From an uncultured Pseudobdellovibrionaceae bacterium (lineage in GTDB: Bacteria > Bdellovibrionota > Bdellovibrionia > Bdellovibrionales > UBA1609): a stretch of DNA of 64,000 bases. This document shows, piece after piece, positions 1 through 9,448 of the stretch (positions are counted from its first letter, which is position 1; each line of letters starts with the position of its first letter). The DNA is taken from NCBI GenBank assembly GCA_964389375.1, contig CAYMDP010000004.1, positions 18,507 through 82,506 of the forward strand, in the 5' to 3' direction. The notes below the pieces were generated by a model. The model saw only the letters and a list, made by a program, of their open reading frames with translations. It was not told where the DNA came from and searched no databases. Position numbers and translations under genes: made by a program.

Positions 1-1628
1 ATGGCATTGTTGACTAAGGCTGGAACCATAATGTTTTTGAAAGGTTCAGCCAAACCTGCTCGAATTGATTTTAGTGGCTTAATATGTTGATAGGTTTTTA
101 CGAAGGCAATTTTTGCTCTTCCGGAAACACTGACATTGGCCGGAAAGCCTTCTCCAAGAGCAAAAAGACCTCCGTCAACTGCAAAGCCGACAGTGTCGGC
201 GATTTGTACTAGATTTTCTGTTCCAAGATAATTTCCAGAAAGGATGTCACGGCTCGCGATAATGTTCGAGTTGTAGTAGGGAGTACTCCAAAGTCCTCGA
301 GGGGTGGGCGTCACTGTTCCCGTTCGAATAAATTCTCCAAATTGCCTTGCAGAGACATCCAGTTGTCGATCTAGAATTTCCCAGCCCAAATCGGTTCTTG
401 GAAGAAAACGCGAGTTAAACTCAGAAACTGTATTTGCAATCGCATTACTAAGTCCGATGGACTTAATTAAGCCGATGATTTCTTCGCTAGACAAAGGTGA
501 ATTTGGATCGGTTCCGGCAAACTCCCTGGCGTAACCAGTCCATTTTTTTCCGATCAACTTCCCATTGATTAAGCGTTCTCCTGAGGTGATTCCAAGTTGT
601 GCGGGGATTTCGCTACTTTCGTTTTCTAACTTGAGGGCTTCTCGGAGGGCATTTCGACGCGAAAGCAATTTTTCCGTTAATACCAAGGAGACCTCGTAAG
701 GAAGGTCTGCGGACTTTACGATCTCTTCCCAGTCCTGGCGCTTCAGCTGCAACATTCGCCTTGTGATCCAACGCATGTCTTCAAAGGGTGGATTAAATTG
801 GTCCGCATCTTCATAAGGGAGACAATACTGAGTGTTCGAAATTCGTCCAGGAAGGGGAGAGAAGAGATTTAGACTTTGGGGAACATCAGTTAAGGCAAAG
901 GGAGCAAGCAAAGAATTGATCAGTCTTCGGCCTCGAATAATTCCGCTATTCATGTCACCACGGGCAAGAAGGTAAAAGCTGTCTTCAAAGTTATCAATGA
1001 CCACAAGATCTTGAAAAGTGAGCTCATCATCTTGGGTTTCGGGATTCGAGGTCACCCAGCGTTCGCTTTCGATAAAAGTTTTCCTTTTGATCTCTCGAAC
1101 AAACTCTCTTTTTTTGAAGGCGCTGCCAAAACGAACACGAACCTTTGCGACACGCTCAACGGCGGGAATATTGTAGCCAATTTTGCGCAGTAAGGTCTTT
1201 CTAAGTAAGATATTGTGGCCTTTTAGGTCTAACAAAAAGCGAAAAGTTTTGATCTGTCCGTCGGCGAATCTTTTTTGAGCAATAAAGCCTATCCGACCAT
1301 TTGGAACGATATCTTCCGCTACGAATTCAACCTGATCATCGGACAAATTCAGTTTCAGGGCCTGGATGTCATTTGGGAGCTGCTTAGGGAAATCATCCTT
1401 CCATAAAACCGAGCTGGTGATTGGGTTGAGTGTTGAGAGGTCTTTGACCTTTCCGGATTCATAAAGCTTCCTGGCCTCGTCGGGGAGAAGGGTTTTTTCT
1501 TGAAAGTTTAGGTCCGAAGCGGCCTGCCTTTCGTATTGAAGGGGAAAGCATCCCGGAAGATCCTTAAAAGGTGCTGCGAAAATTTTGCAGCTTGAGAAAA
1601 CTAGAATTGAACAAATCACAAGTCTCAT
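1..1628 (-). CDS. Exported hypothetical protein, C-terminus cut by window edge (at least 542 codons)
   Basis: Absent from the ORF track because it has no stop inside the window. My reverse-strand translation from the ATG (rc of 1626-1628) reads MRLVICSILVFSSCKIFAAPFKDLPG... with no stop down to position 3. The N-terminus looks like a signal peptide. Track ORFs 304-534 and 1011-1193 lie antisense to it. Confidence 0.75.
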   Translation of the reverse strand, partial: MRLVICSILVFSSCKIFAAPFKDLPGCFPLQYERQAASDLNFQEKTLLPDEARKLYESGKVKDLSTLNPITSSVLWKDDFPKQLPNDIQALKLNLSDDQVEFVAEDIVPNGRIGFIAQKRFADGQIKTFRFLLDLKGHNILLRKTLLRKIGYNIPAVERVAKVRVRFGSAFKKREFVREIKRKTFIESERWVTSNPETQDDELTFQDLVVIDNFEDSFYLLARGDMNSGIIRGRRLINSLLAPFALTDVPQSLNLFSPLPGRISNTQYCLPYEDADQFNPPFEDMRWITRRMLQLKRQDWEEIVKSADLPYEVSLVLTEKLLSRRNALREALKLENESSEIPAQLGITSGERLINGKLIGKKWTGYAREFAGTDPNSPLSSEEIIGLIKSIGLSNAIANTVSEFNSRFLPRTDLGWEILDRQLDVSARQFGEFIRTGTVTPTPRGLWSTPYYNSNIIASRDILSGNYLGTENLVQIADTVGFAVDGGLFALGEGFPANVSVSGRAKIAFVKTYQHIKPLKSIRAGLAEPFKNIMVPALVNNA

Positions 1629-2027
1629 AGGGAGCCCCTTTGTTCAGAAGCAAGCTAAAGGGATCTTGAGCTTTTTCTTCTGGCTGAAGACTTCCGATCT
1701 ACAAAAGACATGCCGAGTCAGAGTCTTGCCTCGAAAACCTTCGAGGTCATTTTGTCATTAACCAATTTACATTCATGCGGCGAGTCTTCGAATTTCAATC
1801 GATAGAAATCCGCTTTCGAAATAGATCTCTCAACTGAAAGTTTCAGGATCAAAATGACACTGAAACGGCTTGGCACGAGCTTAGCTAAGAGAGGGTATGA
1901 CTTCTGAATAGGGATCGTTTTGGGGTCATTTTGGGTCGGTTTTAAAAATATTAGAGGGGGGGCTAAACTTGAAAGTTTTTTTCATTTCTTATTCTTCCTC
2001 CTCAAAAAATCCTTAAGGAGGGTTCAT

Positions 2028-2762
2028 ATGAAAAAGTTACTAGTAGCTCTAACAAGCATCGCGATGGTGTTTGGCCTTGTTGCCTGCGGCGGCGGCGGTG
2101 GCGGAAATTCATCAACCGGCGGAACTTACTTTACACACGCTGAGCTTGCGGCTGAATTCGTCCGACGTGTTAACGTTGACGTTTCTGGATACGACATTCA
2201 GCTTGTTAAGACGAACACGCTTCAGACTGATTACATCGTAGTCTATGACTGGGTTTATGGAACTTATGATGCTTATTACCTTGGTGCCTACAACCCTGGT
2301 GAAAATCTTTATAACTACCTAGTTGCATATGACTATGCGTTTTACTACGACCTAGATGACGAAGGTGGAAACACTTACCGTGATTGGTTCTCTGGAATTC
2401 TTTTCGAAAAAGTTGAAGCCGGAACTAAGAACTTGGCTAAAATGAAGGCTTTCCAACAGGATTTCGCCATCAACAAAGCCGCTCAAGGCCTAGTTGCTGA
2501 CTACGGAATGAGTGTTGAAAAGGCATACGACGCTGCTCGTTTTGCTTACAACCTTAAGACTTTGCCTGCAGGAACTTACTCTAAGGCAGATTACGATTCA
2601 TTCGCTCAAGAGCTAACTGGATCGACGATCACTGAGTTCCAAAACGATATCGCTTCTGGAAACCTTTCTTCTTTGCAAGAGCGTCTTGCTAAAGCGGGTC
2701 AAGTTTCTGGAGCGGGTGCTGAAGGTGTTGCGAAATTGATCGCAGACATCGGCGCGAACTAG
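2028..2762 (+). CDS. Lipoprotein, unknown function
   Basis: Uses the frame of track ORF 1920-2762. The internal ATG at 2028 is preceded by AAGGAGG (2015-2021). MKKLLVALTSIAMVFGLVAC is a signal peptide with a lipobox, followed by a Gly-rich linker. No family recognised. Confidence 0.8.
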   Translation: MKKLLVALTSIAMVFGLVACGGGGGGNSSTGGTYFTHAELAAEFVRRVNVDVSGYDIQLVKTNTLQTDYIVVYDWVYGTYDAYYLGAYNPGENLYNYLVAYDYAFYYDLDDEGGNTYRDWFSGILFEKVEAGTKNLAKMKAFQQDFAINKAAQGLVADYGMSVEKAYDAARFAYNLKTLPAGTYSKADYDSFAQELTGSTITEFQNDIASGNLSSLQERLAKAGQVSGAGAEGVAKLIADIGAN

Positions 2763-2788
2763 ATTCTAGCTTTTAGAATTTGCTTCAC

Positions 2789-2822
2789 AAGGGCTTCGAC
2801 GAAAGTTGAGGCCCTTTTTTTT
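2789..2822 (+). terminator. Rho-independent terminator after the lipoprotein gene
   Basis: GGGCTTC (2791-2797) pairs with GAGGCCC (2808-2814), including one G-U, around a 10-nt loop. A run of eight T follows (2815-2822). Confidence 0.8.
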
Positions 2823-3050
2823 GCCCTTGTTTCGAGAACGAGGCGGTGACCTTCTCAAAAAGCTCGTCCTGATTTTTATAAGTGCTCCGCCTCAGCCGTC
2901 GGACATTCTCGGTCGGCCCGTAAGATTGCACATGACAACCATGTTCAACTTTGGGCCGCGCCTTAAGAAACTAGTCTTCGGCGGACACTTATTAAAAATG
3001 AGGACGGCCTTTCTAAGAAGACGACCTTGTGGTTTTTTTTGAGGTATTTC

Positions 3051-3566
3051 TTAGACTTGAATGTGAGAGAGATAGAATTTCAATTCGTCGATGCTTTCTA
3101 AAATGTCATCTAGGGCCCGGTGGGCTGTTTTTTTCTTGTACTGAAGGTTATAGATGTTGTTGAAGATGATCTTCCAAGATGTGACATCGAGCATGCGGTA
3201 GTGAAGCCGTTCAGAAAAACGCTTAAAGTACCGGTCGATGAAAAGGCGATCTTGTCCGATAGAGTTTCCGGCCAGGATCACCTTTTCGTTTAAAAAATGC
3301 TTATCTAAAAACTCGAGCATTTCATTTTCCACTAGATTGGGTTCGAGGCCAGAGGGAATTTTGTCGATTAAACCAGAATCACCGTGGTGTTTTTTGTTCC
3401 AGTCATCCATCCCATCGATCAGATGCTGGGGCTGCTTTATTATGGCGTGATATTGGTCAATAGCCTCAAATTTAAGGTCGGTGGCGATCATTGCGACTTC
3501 AATGACAACCTCCTTCTCAACTTCAAGCCCCGTCATCTCCATATCGAGCCACAGTAGTTTTTCCAT
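3051..3566 (-). CDS. orn: Oligoribonuclease
   Basis: 171 aa. LWLDMEMTGL (DEDD exo motif I) and HRALDDILESI (H-x4-D motif III). Length and collinearity fit the Orn family. Confidence 0.9.
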   Translation of the reverse strand: MEKLLWLDMEMTGLEVEKEVVIEVAMIATDLKFEAIDQYHAIIKQPQHLIDGMDDWNKKHHGDSGLIDKIPSGLEPNLVENEMLEFLDKHFLNEKVILAGNSIGQDRLFIDRYFKRFSERLHYRMLDVTSWKIIFNNIYNLQYKKKTAHRALDDILESIDELKFYLSHIQV

Positions 3567-3614
3567 CAGTTTCGTTCCTCCAAAATTACGCGGCTGGCGT
3601 CAGCTAGGATGTGT

Positions 3615-3956
3615 CTATTCATTTACAAAAACCAGCAAAACGCCTTCGTTTGCCTTTCCGTTGGGCATTTTATCAACTTGAAAGGGGTAGCCGGCCTGTT
3701 TTAAATATTTTTCTGCCTCTTCGCGCACAATTCCTGAGCCTTTTCCGGTCATAATTCTAAGGCGCTTGGTTCCTTTTTGTGAATGAGAGTGGATAAAACG
3801 GTCCATCTCATCCCAAACCTCATCTCGAGTTCGTCCATGAAGGTCAAGAGTTGGGGTCTTTTCGGGACCAGGCTTTTTAGTGTTCTTTTGTCCCAAGGGG
3901 TCTCCAAAATTCAAAAGCACAAGAAGGTGCGGCACAAAACTCAAGGCACAAAACAA
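3615..3956 (-). CDS. Smr domain protein
   Basis: LDLHGRTRDEVWDEMDRFI ... RIMTGKGSG matches the Smr core (LDLHG ... TGKG). 113 aa. Confidence 0.75.
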   Translation of the reverse strand: MFCALSFVPHLLVLLNFGDPLGQKNTKKPGPEKTPTLDLHGRTRDEVWDEMDRFIHSHSQKGTKRLRIMTGKGSGIVREEAEKYLKQAGYPFQVDKMPNGKANEGVLLVFVNE

Positions 3957-4158
3957 AACAAAACGTAATAGGTAAAGTGGAAGTAAAAATGATAGAGGAG
4001 AGCCTGTGTCGGATCAAGGCCACTTAGAAAAATAATGCTGCGATGCGCGTAAGATGATGGCCCAAGTTCCAGATTTTAGGGGTGAGTTCTGATTGATTTC
4101 GAGGCAATATTGTTGGGCAATTTCTGAGGATTGATCGAGGATTCTTAAAGGAGTTTGA

Positions 4159-4938
4159 ATGCAGGACAGTCTGCGGGGATTAAACGCACTTGTTTGTGGA
4201 GCCTCTAAGGGTATTGGGCGGGCCACGGCGCTCGCATTGGCCGATCGTGGAGCCAGAGTGTGTCTACTTGCTAGAGATAGTCAGAGTTTAAAAACTGTCG
4301 AGTCAGAGCTTTCTGGAACTGGACATAAAAGTCTTTCGGCAGACTTATCTGATTTAAATTCTTTAAGTGCTAAGGTTCAAGAACTGCTTCAAGCATGGGG
4401 TGGAATTTCTATTTTAGTTTGCAACAGTGGTGGACCCAAAGGTGGACCTTTGCTTGAGGCCGCAGAGGAAGACTTTGTACAGGCTTTCAAATCCCATGTT
4501 CTGGCCAACCAACGTCTGGTTCAACTGATTGCACCGAACATGAAAGAAAAAAAGTACGGACGAATTATCAACGTTATCTCAACCTCAGTAAAAGCACCGA
4601 TTCCAAATCTTGGAGTCTCAAATACCATCCGCGGAGCCGTTGCCAGTTGGTCGAAGACTTTGGCATCTGAACTTGGACCCTTTGGTATTACAGTAAATAA
4701 TGTTCTTCCCGGTTTTACTCAGACCGAGCGCCTTGAGACCTTGTTAAGCCAATCCGCTAAAGCTCAAGGGATGGATCGGGCGAAGCTTGCTGAAGATTGG
4801 AAGAAAACAATTCCGGCGAGACGTTTTGCCGAAGCTTCAGAAACTGCGGACGCGATTGCATTTTTGGCAAGTCCCCAGGCTTCTTATATTAACGGAATTA
4901 ATCTGCCTGTCGATGGTGGCCGAACGGTGAGTCTATGA
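4159..4938 (+). CDS. Short-chain dehydrogenase/reductase (SDR) family oxidoreductase
   Basis: RBS AAAGGAG lies upstream of the ATG. ALVCGASKGIGRA is a Gly-rich dinucleotide motif and NSGG is present. Length 259 aa. The stop overlaps the next start (ATGA at 4935-4938). Confidence 0.8.
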   Translation: MQDSLRGLNALVCGASKGIGRATALALADRGARVCLLARDSQSLKTVESELSGTGHKSLSADLSDLNSLSAKVQELLQAWGGISILVCNSGGPKGGPLLEAAEEDFVQAFKSHVLANQRLVQLIAPNMKEKKYGRIINVISTSVKAPIPNLGVSNTIRGAVASWSKTLASELGPFGITVNNVLPGFTQTERLETLLSQSAKAQGMDRAKLAEDWKKTIPARRFAEASETADAIAFLASPQASYINGINLPVDGGRTVSL

Positions 4939-6143
4939 AGTTTGATGTATTTTTTTCGATCTGTCAGACCGAGGTCAATGGATATCTGCCTTCTGAGCGG
5001 GTGATGTTCGAAAATTTTTTTGATCAAGTCCGACTTGCAGATGAGTTGGAATATGAAACAGCCTGGATCGCAGAGACCCATTTGTCTTGTGAAACCCAGA
5101 AGAAAAATCCGAATGCGGTCATCCCTCATTTTATTGGCGAAATTGGCTTAAATACAGACATTCTGCAAATGGCTCACAAAGTTTTTGCTCAGACAAAAAA
5201 TATCCAAGTGGGATCGGCGATAAGAAATATTTTGTGCAATGGGGGGCCCATCGCCCATGCGGAAGCGGTGAAGACCTTTTTAAGCCTTCATGGATTAAAT
5301 CCTGCAGAAAAAAGAAGGCTGCATCTGGGCTTTGCCTCTGGTCGCTTTGAGTTTAGCAACAGACCTTATGGAATAGTCCCGCGTAACGATCTTGAGCAAG
5401 CAGCTTGGGGACCCTTAAAAGGAAAGATTCTTAGGCAGGGTACAGAAATCTTCTTAAGACTTCTTAAGGGCGAGACTTTAAGCTCTGAGGATATTCAGCC
5501 GATTATTTTAAAAGCTCAGGATTTTAGAAAAGAAGAAGAATGGAAAAAGGTTCAAGCCTTAAGCGAATCAAAGCAATCTGAAATTCAAATTCCCAGCTAT
5601 TGGAAATTTGAAAAATTGGCGACGATTCCTTTTGATGTACGCCTCGATCTTTTGCGGCTGGTGATTGGGACTCACGATCCCGAAACTCAAGTTTTGGCAA
5701 ATCAGCACTTGCCTGTTGGAGTCTTTAATCTTTCCATCACTCCACCAAAGGTGATTGAAGAGACCCATCAACGGATGAGTGAAAAGTATCACTCCAGTGG
5801 TGGTGCTTGGCGTAGAGAGTATATGCCAAGAACAGCGATGGTATTTTTAAATGAGGATCCAGAGCTAAACCCGGATCAGCAGAACGAGCAAGCCCATAAG
5901 ATGGCCACCGCCGCTTGGGAGAACTACTGGAAGGCGATGGAAGGGACCTTAGACAGTAAAAAAGTTGAAGAGGCCGTTGGAAATGCCCTTGTTGGGAATG
6001 CTGAAAAAATTGCGAGTCAGATTAAACAAAAATATCATCCTGAAGACCGACTGATGCTGTGGTTCGATTTTAATAACCACGATAACACTTTCATTAAACA
6101 AAGCATGAGGGCCTTTAAAGAAAAGGTAGTCCCCCTATTATGA
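4935..6143 (+). CDS. Luciferase-like (LLM class) flavin-dependent oxidoreductase
   Basis: 402 aa. The N-terminus MKFDVFFS...ADELEYETAWIAETH is typical of the bacterial luciferase-like family. Translationally coupled on both sides (ATGA overlaps at 4935 and 6140). Confidence 0.6.
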   Translation: MKFDVFFSICQTEVNGYLPSERVMFENFFDQVRLADELEYETAWIAETHLSCETQKKNPNAVIPHFIGEIGLNTDILQMAHKVFAQTKNIQVGSAIRNILCNGGPIAHAEAVKTFLSLHGLNPAEKRRLHLGFASGRFEFSNRPYGIVPRNDLEQAAWGPLKGKILRQGTEIFLRLLKGETLSSEDIQPIILKAQDFRKEEEWKKVQALSESKQSEIQIPSYWKFEKLATIPFDVRLDLLRLVIGTHDPETQVLANQHLPVGVFNLSITPPKVIEETHQRMSEKYHSSGGAWRREYMPRTAMVFLNEDPELNPDQQNEQAHKMATAAWENYWKAMEGTLDSKKVEEAVGNALVGNAEKIASQIKQKYHPEDRLMLWFDFNNHDNTFIKQSMRAFKEKVVPLL

Positions 6144-7582
6144 TCAAACTGCAAAACTTTATTCATGGCGAGTATGTTCCGCCTCAAAGCGGGAAGTATT
6201 TTGATAATTTTCTTCCGGCGACGGGAGAGGTCTACAGTCAGGTCCCGGATTCAAACGAACTCGACGTCGTTCTTGCGATTCAGAGTGCCTCAAAGGCTTT
6301 CGAAAAATGGTCCGAGATGAAAGTTAAAGAGCGCTCGCAGATTCTTTACCGAATTGCGGATTTGATTGAGTCAAAGCTTGATGACTTGGCCTTGGCAGAA
6401 AGTCGTGATGTTGGAAAGCCCTTAAAACTTGCTAGAGAACTTGATATCCCGAGGGCCTCAGAGAATTTTAGATTCTTCGCTGGCCGCATTCTTCACCATG
6501 AAGAGCGGGCCACTCATATGGACTCAAAGACTTTAAGCTATACAGTGCGAAGTCCCCTTGGCGTCACCGGGCTGATCTCCCCATGGAATCTTCCCCTTTA
6601 TCTTTTGACCTGGAAGATCGCTCCAGCTCTTGCTGTTGGCAATACTGCAGTTTGTAAGCCTTCGGAGGTCACGCCCATGACGGCCTATCTGCTAGGGCAG
6701 ATTTTTAACGAAGCCGGTCTTCCTCCCGGAGTTTGCAATATTGTTTTGGGAAAAGGCGATCCTGCAGGGCAAACTTTGGTCTCTCATCCAGGAGTTCCGT
6801 TAATTTCATTCACCGGTGGAACTGCGACCGGTGAAAAGGTTGGAGTTGAGGCTGCGAAGCACTTTAAAAAAGTGGGTCTTGAGCTTGGTGGAAAAAATGC
6901 AGCCATTGTTTTAAAGGACGCAGACTTAAAGCGAGCGGTTTCTGGAATTGTGCGCTCAAGTTTTTTAAACTCGGGTCAAATCTGTTTATGCAGCTCGAAA
7001 ATTTTGGTTCAAGAAGAAATCTATGAGCAGTTTTTAGAGCAATTTAAAATTGAAACAGAAAAACTTAAAATGGGCGATCCAGGTCAGTCAGATACCACAA
7101 TGGGTCCCTTAGCCAGTAAAGCCCATCTAGAAAAAGTAAAATCCGCTGTGGCTCAAGCCGTCAAGGATAAAGCAAAAGTAGTGACCGGCGGAGATGAGCC
7201 AAAACTGGATGAAGCTTTGAAGAATGGCTATTATTTTAAGCCGACCATTTTAACGGATCTTTCGAACTGCTCGGACCTTCATCAGACAGAGATTTTTGGG
7301 CCCGTTGTGACGGTTCAACCTTTTAAATATCCTCACGATGCGGTGAAGTGGGCGAATAATTCTCCCTATGGATTGTCCGCAAGTCTTTGGACTCAAGACC
7401 TTTCGAAAGCCCACCGAATTGCTCCGCAAATTGATGCTGGTACGGTGTGGGTGAACTGTTGGCTTCAAAGAGACCTTCGGATGCCCTTTGGGGGAATGAA
7501 GGCCTCGGGTCTTGGCCGCGAAGGCGGCGACGACTCAATTGATTTTTACACTGAGCAAAAGACGATTTGTATTCAACTTTAG
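6140..7582 (+). CDS. NAD-dependent aldehyde dehydrogenase, muconic-semialdehyde dehydrogenase-like (XylG/AmnC type)
   Basis: 480 aa. ELGGKNA, the catalytic-Cys region FLNSGQICLCSS and EIFGPV are hallmark ALDH motifs. It sits directly upstream of the LigB-type dioxygenase pair. Confidence 0.85.
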   Translation: MIKLQNFIHGEYVPPQSGKYFDNFLPATGEVYSQVPDSNELDVVLAIQSASKAFEKWSEMKVKERSQILYRIADLIESKLDDLALAESRDVGKPLKLARELDIPRASENFRFFAGRILHHEERATHMDSKTLSYTVRSPLGVTGLISPWNLPLYLLTWKIAPALAVGNTAVCKPSEVTPMTAYLLGQIFNEAGLPPGVCNIVLGKGDPAGQTLVSHPGVPLISFTGGTATGEKVGVEAAKHFKKVGLELGGKNAAIVLKDADLKRAVSGIVRSSFLNSGQICLCSSKILVQEEIYEQFLEQFKIETEKLKMGDPGQSDTTMGPLASKAHLEKVKSAVAQAVKDKAKVVTGGDEPKLDEALKNGYYFKPTILTDLSNCSDLHQTEIFGPVVTVQPFKYPHDAVKWANNSPYGLSASLWTQDLSKAHRIAPQIDAGTVWVNCWLQRDLRMPFGGMKASGLGREGGDDSIDFYTEQKTICIQL

Positions 7583-7591
7583 GAAAAGAGG

Positions 7592-8488
7592 TTGCAAGTG
7601 GCTAAGGGAAAGATCGTGGCGGGAGTTTTAGCGCCCCATCCGCCGCATTTGGTTTACGCTGAAAATCCAAAGCAAAATGAACCCAAGGCCGAATGCGGTT
7701 GGGAAACTTTGCGTTGGGCTTATGAAAGTTTAAGAAAAAGTTTAGAAAAAATTGAGTTTGATGTGCTTGTTATTCAATCTCCTCATTGGAGAACTCAAGT
7801 GGGGACTCATTTTTTGGGACTGCCGCACTTTAAGTCTTTAAGTGTTGATCCCATCTTCCCCAATCTTTTTCGTTATCACTACGACCTTAAGGTGGATGTG
7901 GATTTGGCAAAGATGATCCACGATGAGGCCAAAAACTCTGGGATGGTTGTTCGCATGATGGAGAATCCTGATTTTAGAGTCGACTATGGGACGATTGTGT
8001 CTTGTCATATGAGCCGACCTGCTTGGGATAAGCCCATCGTCGGGATATCCTCTCATGGAGCTGCAAAGTATTTTAATATGGAAGTCCTTCAAGCTGAAAT
8101 GTTTCAGCTGGGGGAAGCGACTAGAAAAGCCGTCGAGAAAAGTGGAAAGCGGGCAGTACTTCTTGCCAGTAACTCTTTATCTCATCGCCATTTTGTCACT
8201 GAAAGTGATCCACCAGAGGATATGAGTAAAGAGCATATCAATAGTCACAATCAATACCTTTGGGATATGAAGATGATTGATTTGATGAAACGAGGCAAAA
8301 CTAAGGAGTTGATCGATATTATTCCTGATTTTACCGAGCACGCCACCGCTGAAACTGATGGCGGAAGTTTATCTTGGATGTTGAGTGCAATGGGCTATCC
8401 GGACTTTCCTGCAAAAGTCCACGGATACGGAACGGTGATTGGCACTGGAAACGCGGTCGTCGAATGGAGAGAGGGAGCCACTTTATGA
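7592..8488 (+). CDS. Class III (LigB-type) extradiol dioxygenase, catalytic subunit (AmnB-like)
   Basis: 298 aa. VLAPHPPHL and VIQSPHWRT carry the conserved His residues of LigB-family catalytic subunits. ATGA coupling to the next gene at 8485-8488. Confidence 0.75.
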   Translation: MQVAKGKIVAGVLAPHPPHLVYAENPKQNEPKAECGWETLRWAYESLRKSLEKIEFDVLVIQSPHWRTQVGTHFLGLPHFKSLSVDPIFPNLFRYHYDLKVDVDLAKMIHDEAKNSGMVVRMMENPDFRVDYGTIVSCHMSRPAWDKPIVGISSHGAAKYFNMEVLQAEMFQLGEATRKAVEKSGKRAVLLASNSLSHRHFVTESDPPEDMSKEHINSHNQYLWDMKMIDLMKRGKTKELIDIIPDFTEHATAETDGGSLSWMLSAMGYPDFPAKVHGYGTVIGTGNAVVEWREGATL

Positions 8489-9447
8489 TGAAAGCCTATG
8501 TTTTACCGGGGGTCCCCCATCCTTTGCTGGCTCCAAATCAAAATCCGGGCTGGAAGAAAATCCGCGAGGCTTACGATAAGGTTCGTCAAGAAATTGAGGC
8601 GCTGAATCCAGATGTACTGATGATCTACTCAACATATTGGCCCAGCGTGATCGGACATTTGATACAAGCTGATCCAAGTCCAGAATGGACCCATGTGGAT
8701 GAAGAGTTTCATTACCTCGGGTCCATTCCGTATAAATTGAAGATCGATACCAAACTTGCTGAAACCTACAAACAAGTGGCTTGTGAAAAGGGGCTTCACG
8801 CACGAACGGTCAGCTATAAGGGGTTTCCGATTGATACGGGCTCAGTCGTCTGCCTTAAACTTTTAAATCCAGACAATCGTTTTTCGGCTGTGATTACTTC
8901 GAGCAACGTTTATGCGGACCGGGCAGAGACGATTGTGCTTGGAAAATCTGCTCGTGAAGCGGTTGAAAAAGAAAATAAAACGGCGGTCGCGATTGTTGTA
9001 ACAAGTCTGAGCAATCGTCTTCATTCGGATTTTATTGATCCCAAAGACGATAAGATTCATTCCTTAAAAGATGAAGAGTGGAATAAAAAGTTTTTAGAGT
9101 TTTTTGAAGCGGGACGGCTAGAAGATATCTCACAACTCTCGAGGCAATTTCATCGCGAAGCTCGGGTACACAAGGTTTCAAACTTTAAACCTTTTTGGTG
9201 GCTTGCTTCCGTGATGGGCCAGAACAACAAGTATCTTGGCGAAATTTTAGAATACCAGCCCATCTTTGGCAGCGGAGCTGCAGTCATTGGGCTGACACCA
9301 ACAGAAAAAGCGGCCAGAGACTTAGAGTTTGATGAAGAAGATCCTAGCTTTTATCCGGGCGAGCGAAATGTCTTGGACAGCCTTGGAAAAGATCCCGGCT
9401 CAGATGGCTTTGAATTCGCTGAAGATGGAAATGTAAATGGAGATTAA
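8485..9447 (+). CDS. LigB-family paralogue, probable non-catalytic subunit (AmnA-like)
   Basis: Start moved to the ATG at 8485 (MMKAYVLPGVPHPLL), in frame with track ORF 8374. It is collinear with the upstream subunit, but the SPHW His is replaced (IYSTYWPS) and PHPPH becomes PHPLL. Confidence 0.65.
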   Translation: MMKAYVLPGVPHPLLAPNQNPGWKKIREAYDKVRQEIEALNPDVLMIYSTYWPSVIGHLIQADPSPEWTHVDEEFHYLGSIPYKLKIDTKLAETYKQVACEKGLHARTVSYKGFPIDTGSVVCLKLLNPDNRFSAVITSSNVYADRAETIVLGKSAREAVEKENKTAVAIVVTSLSNRLHSDFIDPKDDKIHSLKDEEWNKKFLEFFEAGRLEDISQLSRQFHREARVHKVSNFKPFWWLASVMGQNNKYLGEILEYQPIFGSGAAVIGLTPTEKAARDLEFDEEDPSFYPGERNVLDSLGKDPGSDGFEFAEDGNVNGD

Positions 9448-9448
9448 G

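Noticed and set aside
2806-3042. A 78-aa ORF lies between the lipoprotein gene and orn.
   Set aside because: It begins inside the terminator hairpin/T tract and has no RBS. Its composition is basic and low-complexity, and it lies between two convergent genes. It is probably non-coding.
8374-8484. The upstream extension of the second LigB-type gene (track start 8374) would overlap the first subunit by 115 nt.
   Set aside because: The ATG at 8485 forms an ATGA stop-start junction with the upstream gene. It gives an N-terminus (MMKAYVLPGVPHP) collinear with the paralogous subunit. The extension reads as out-of-frame noise.
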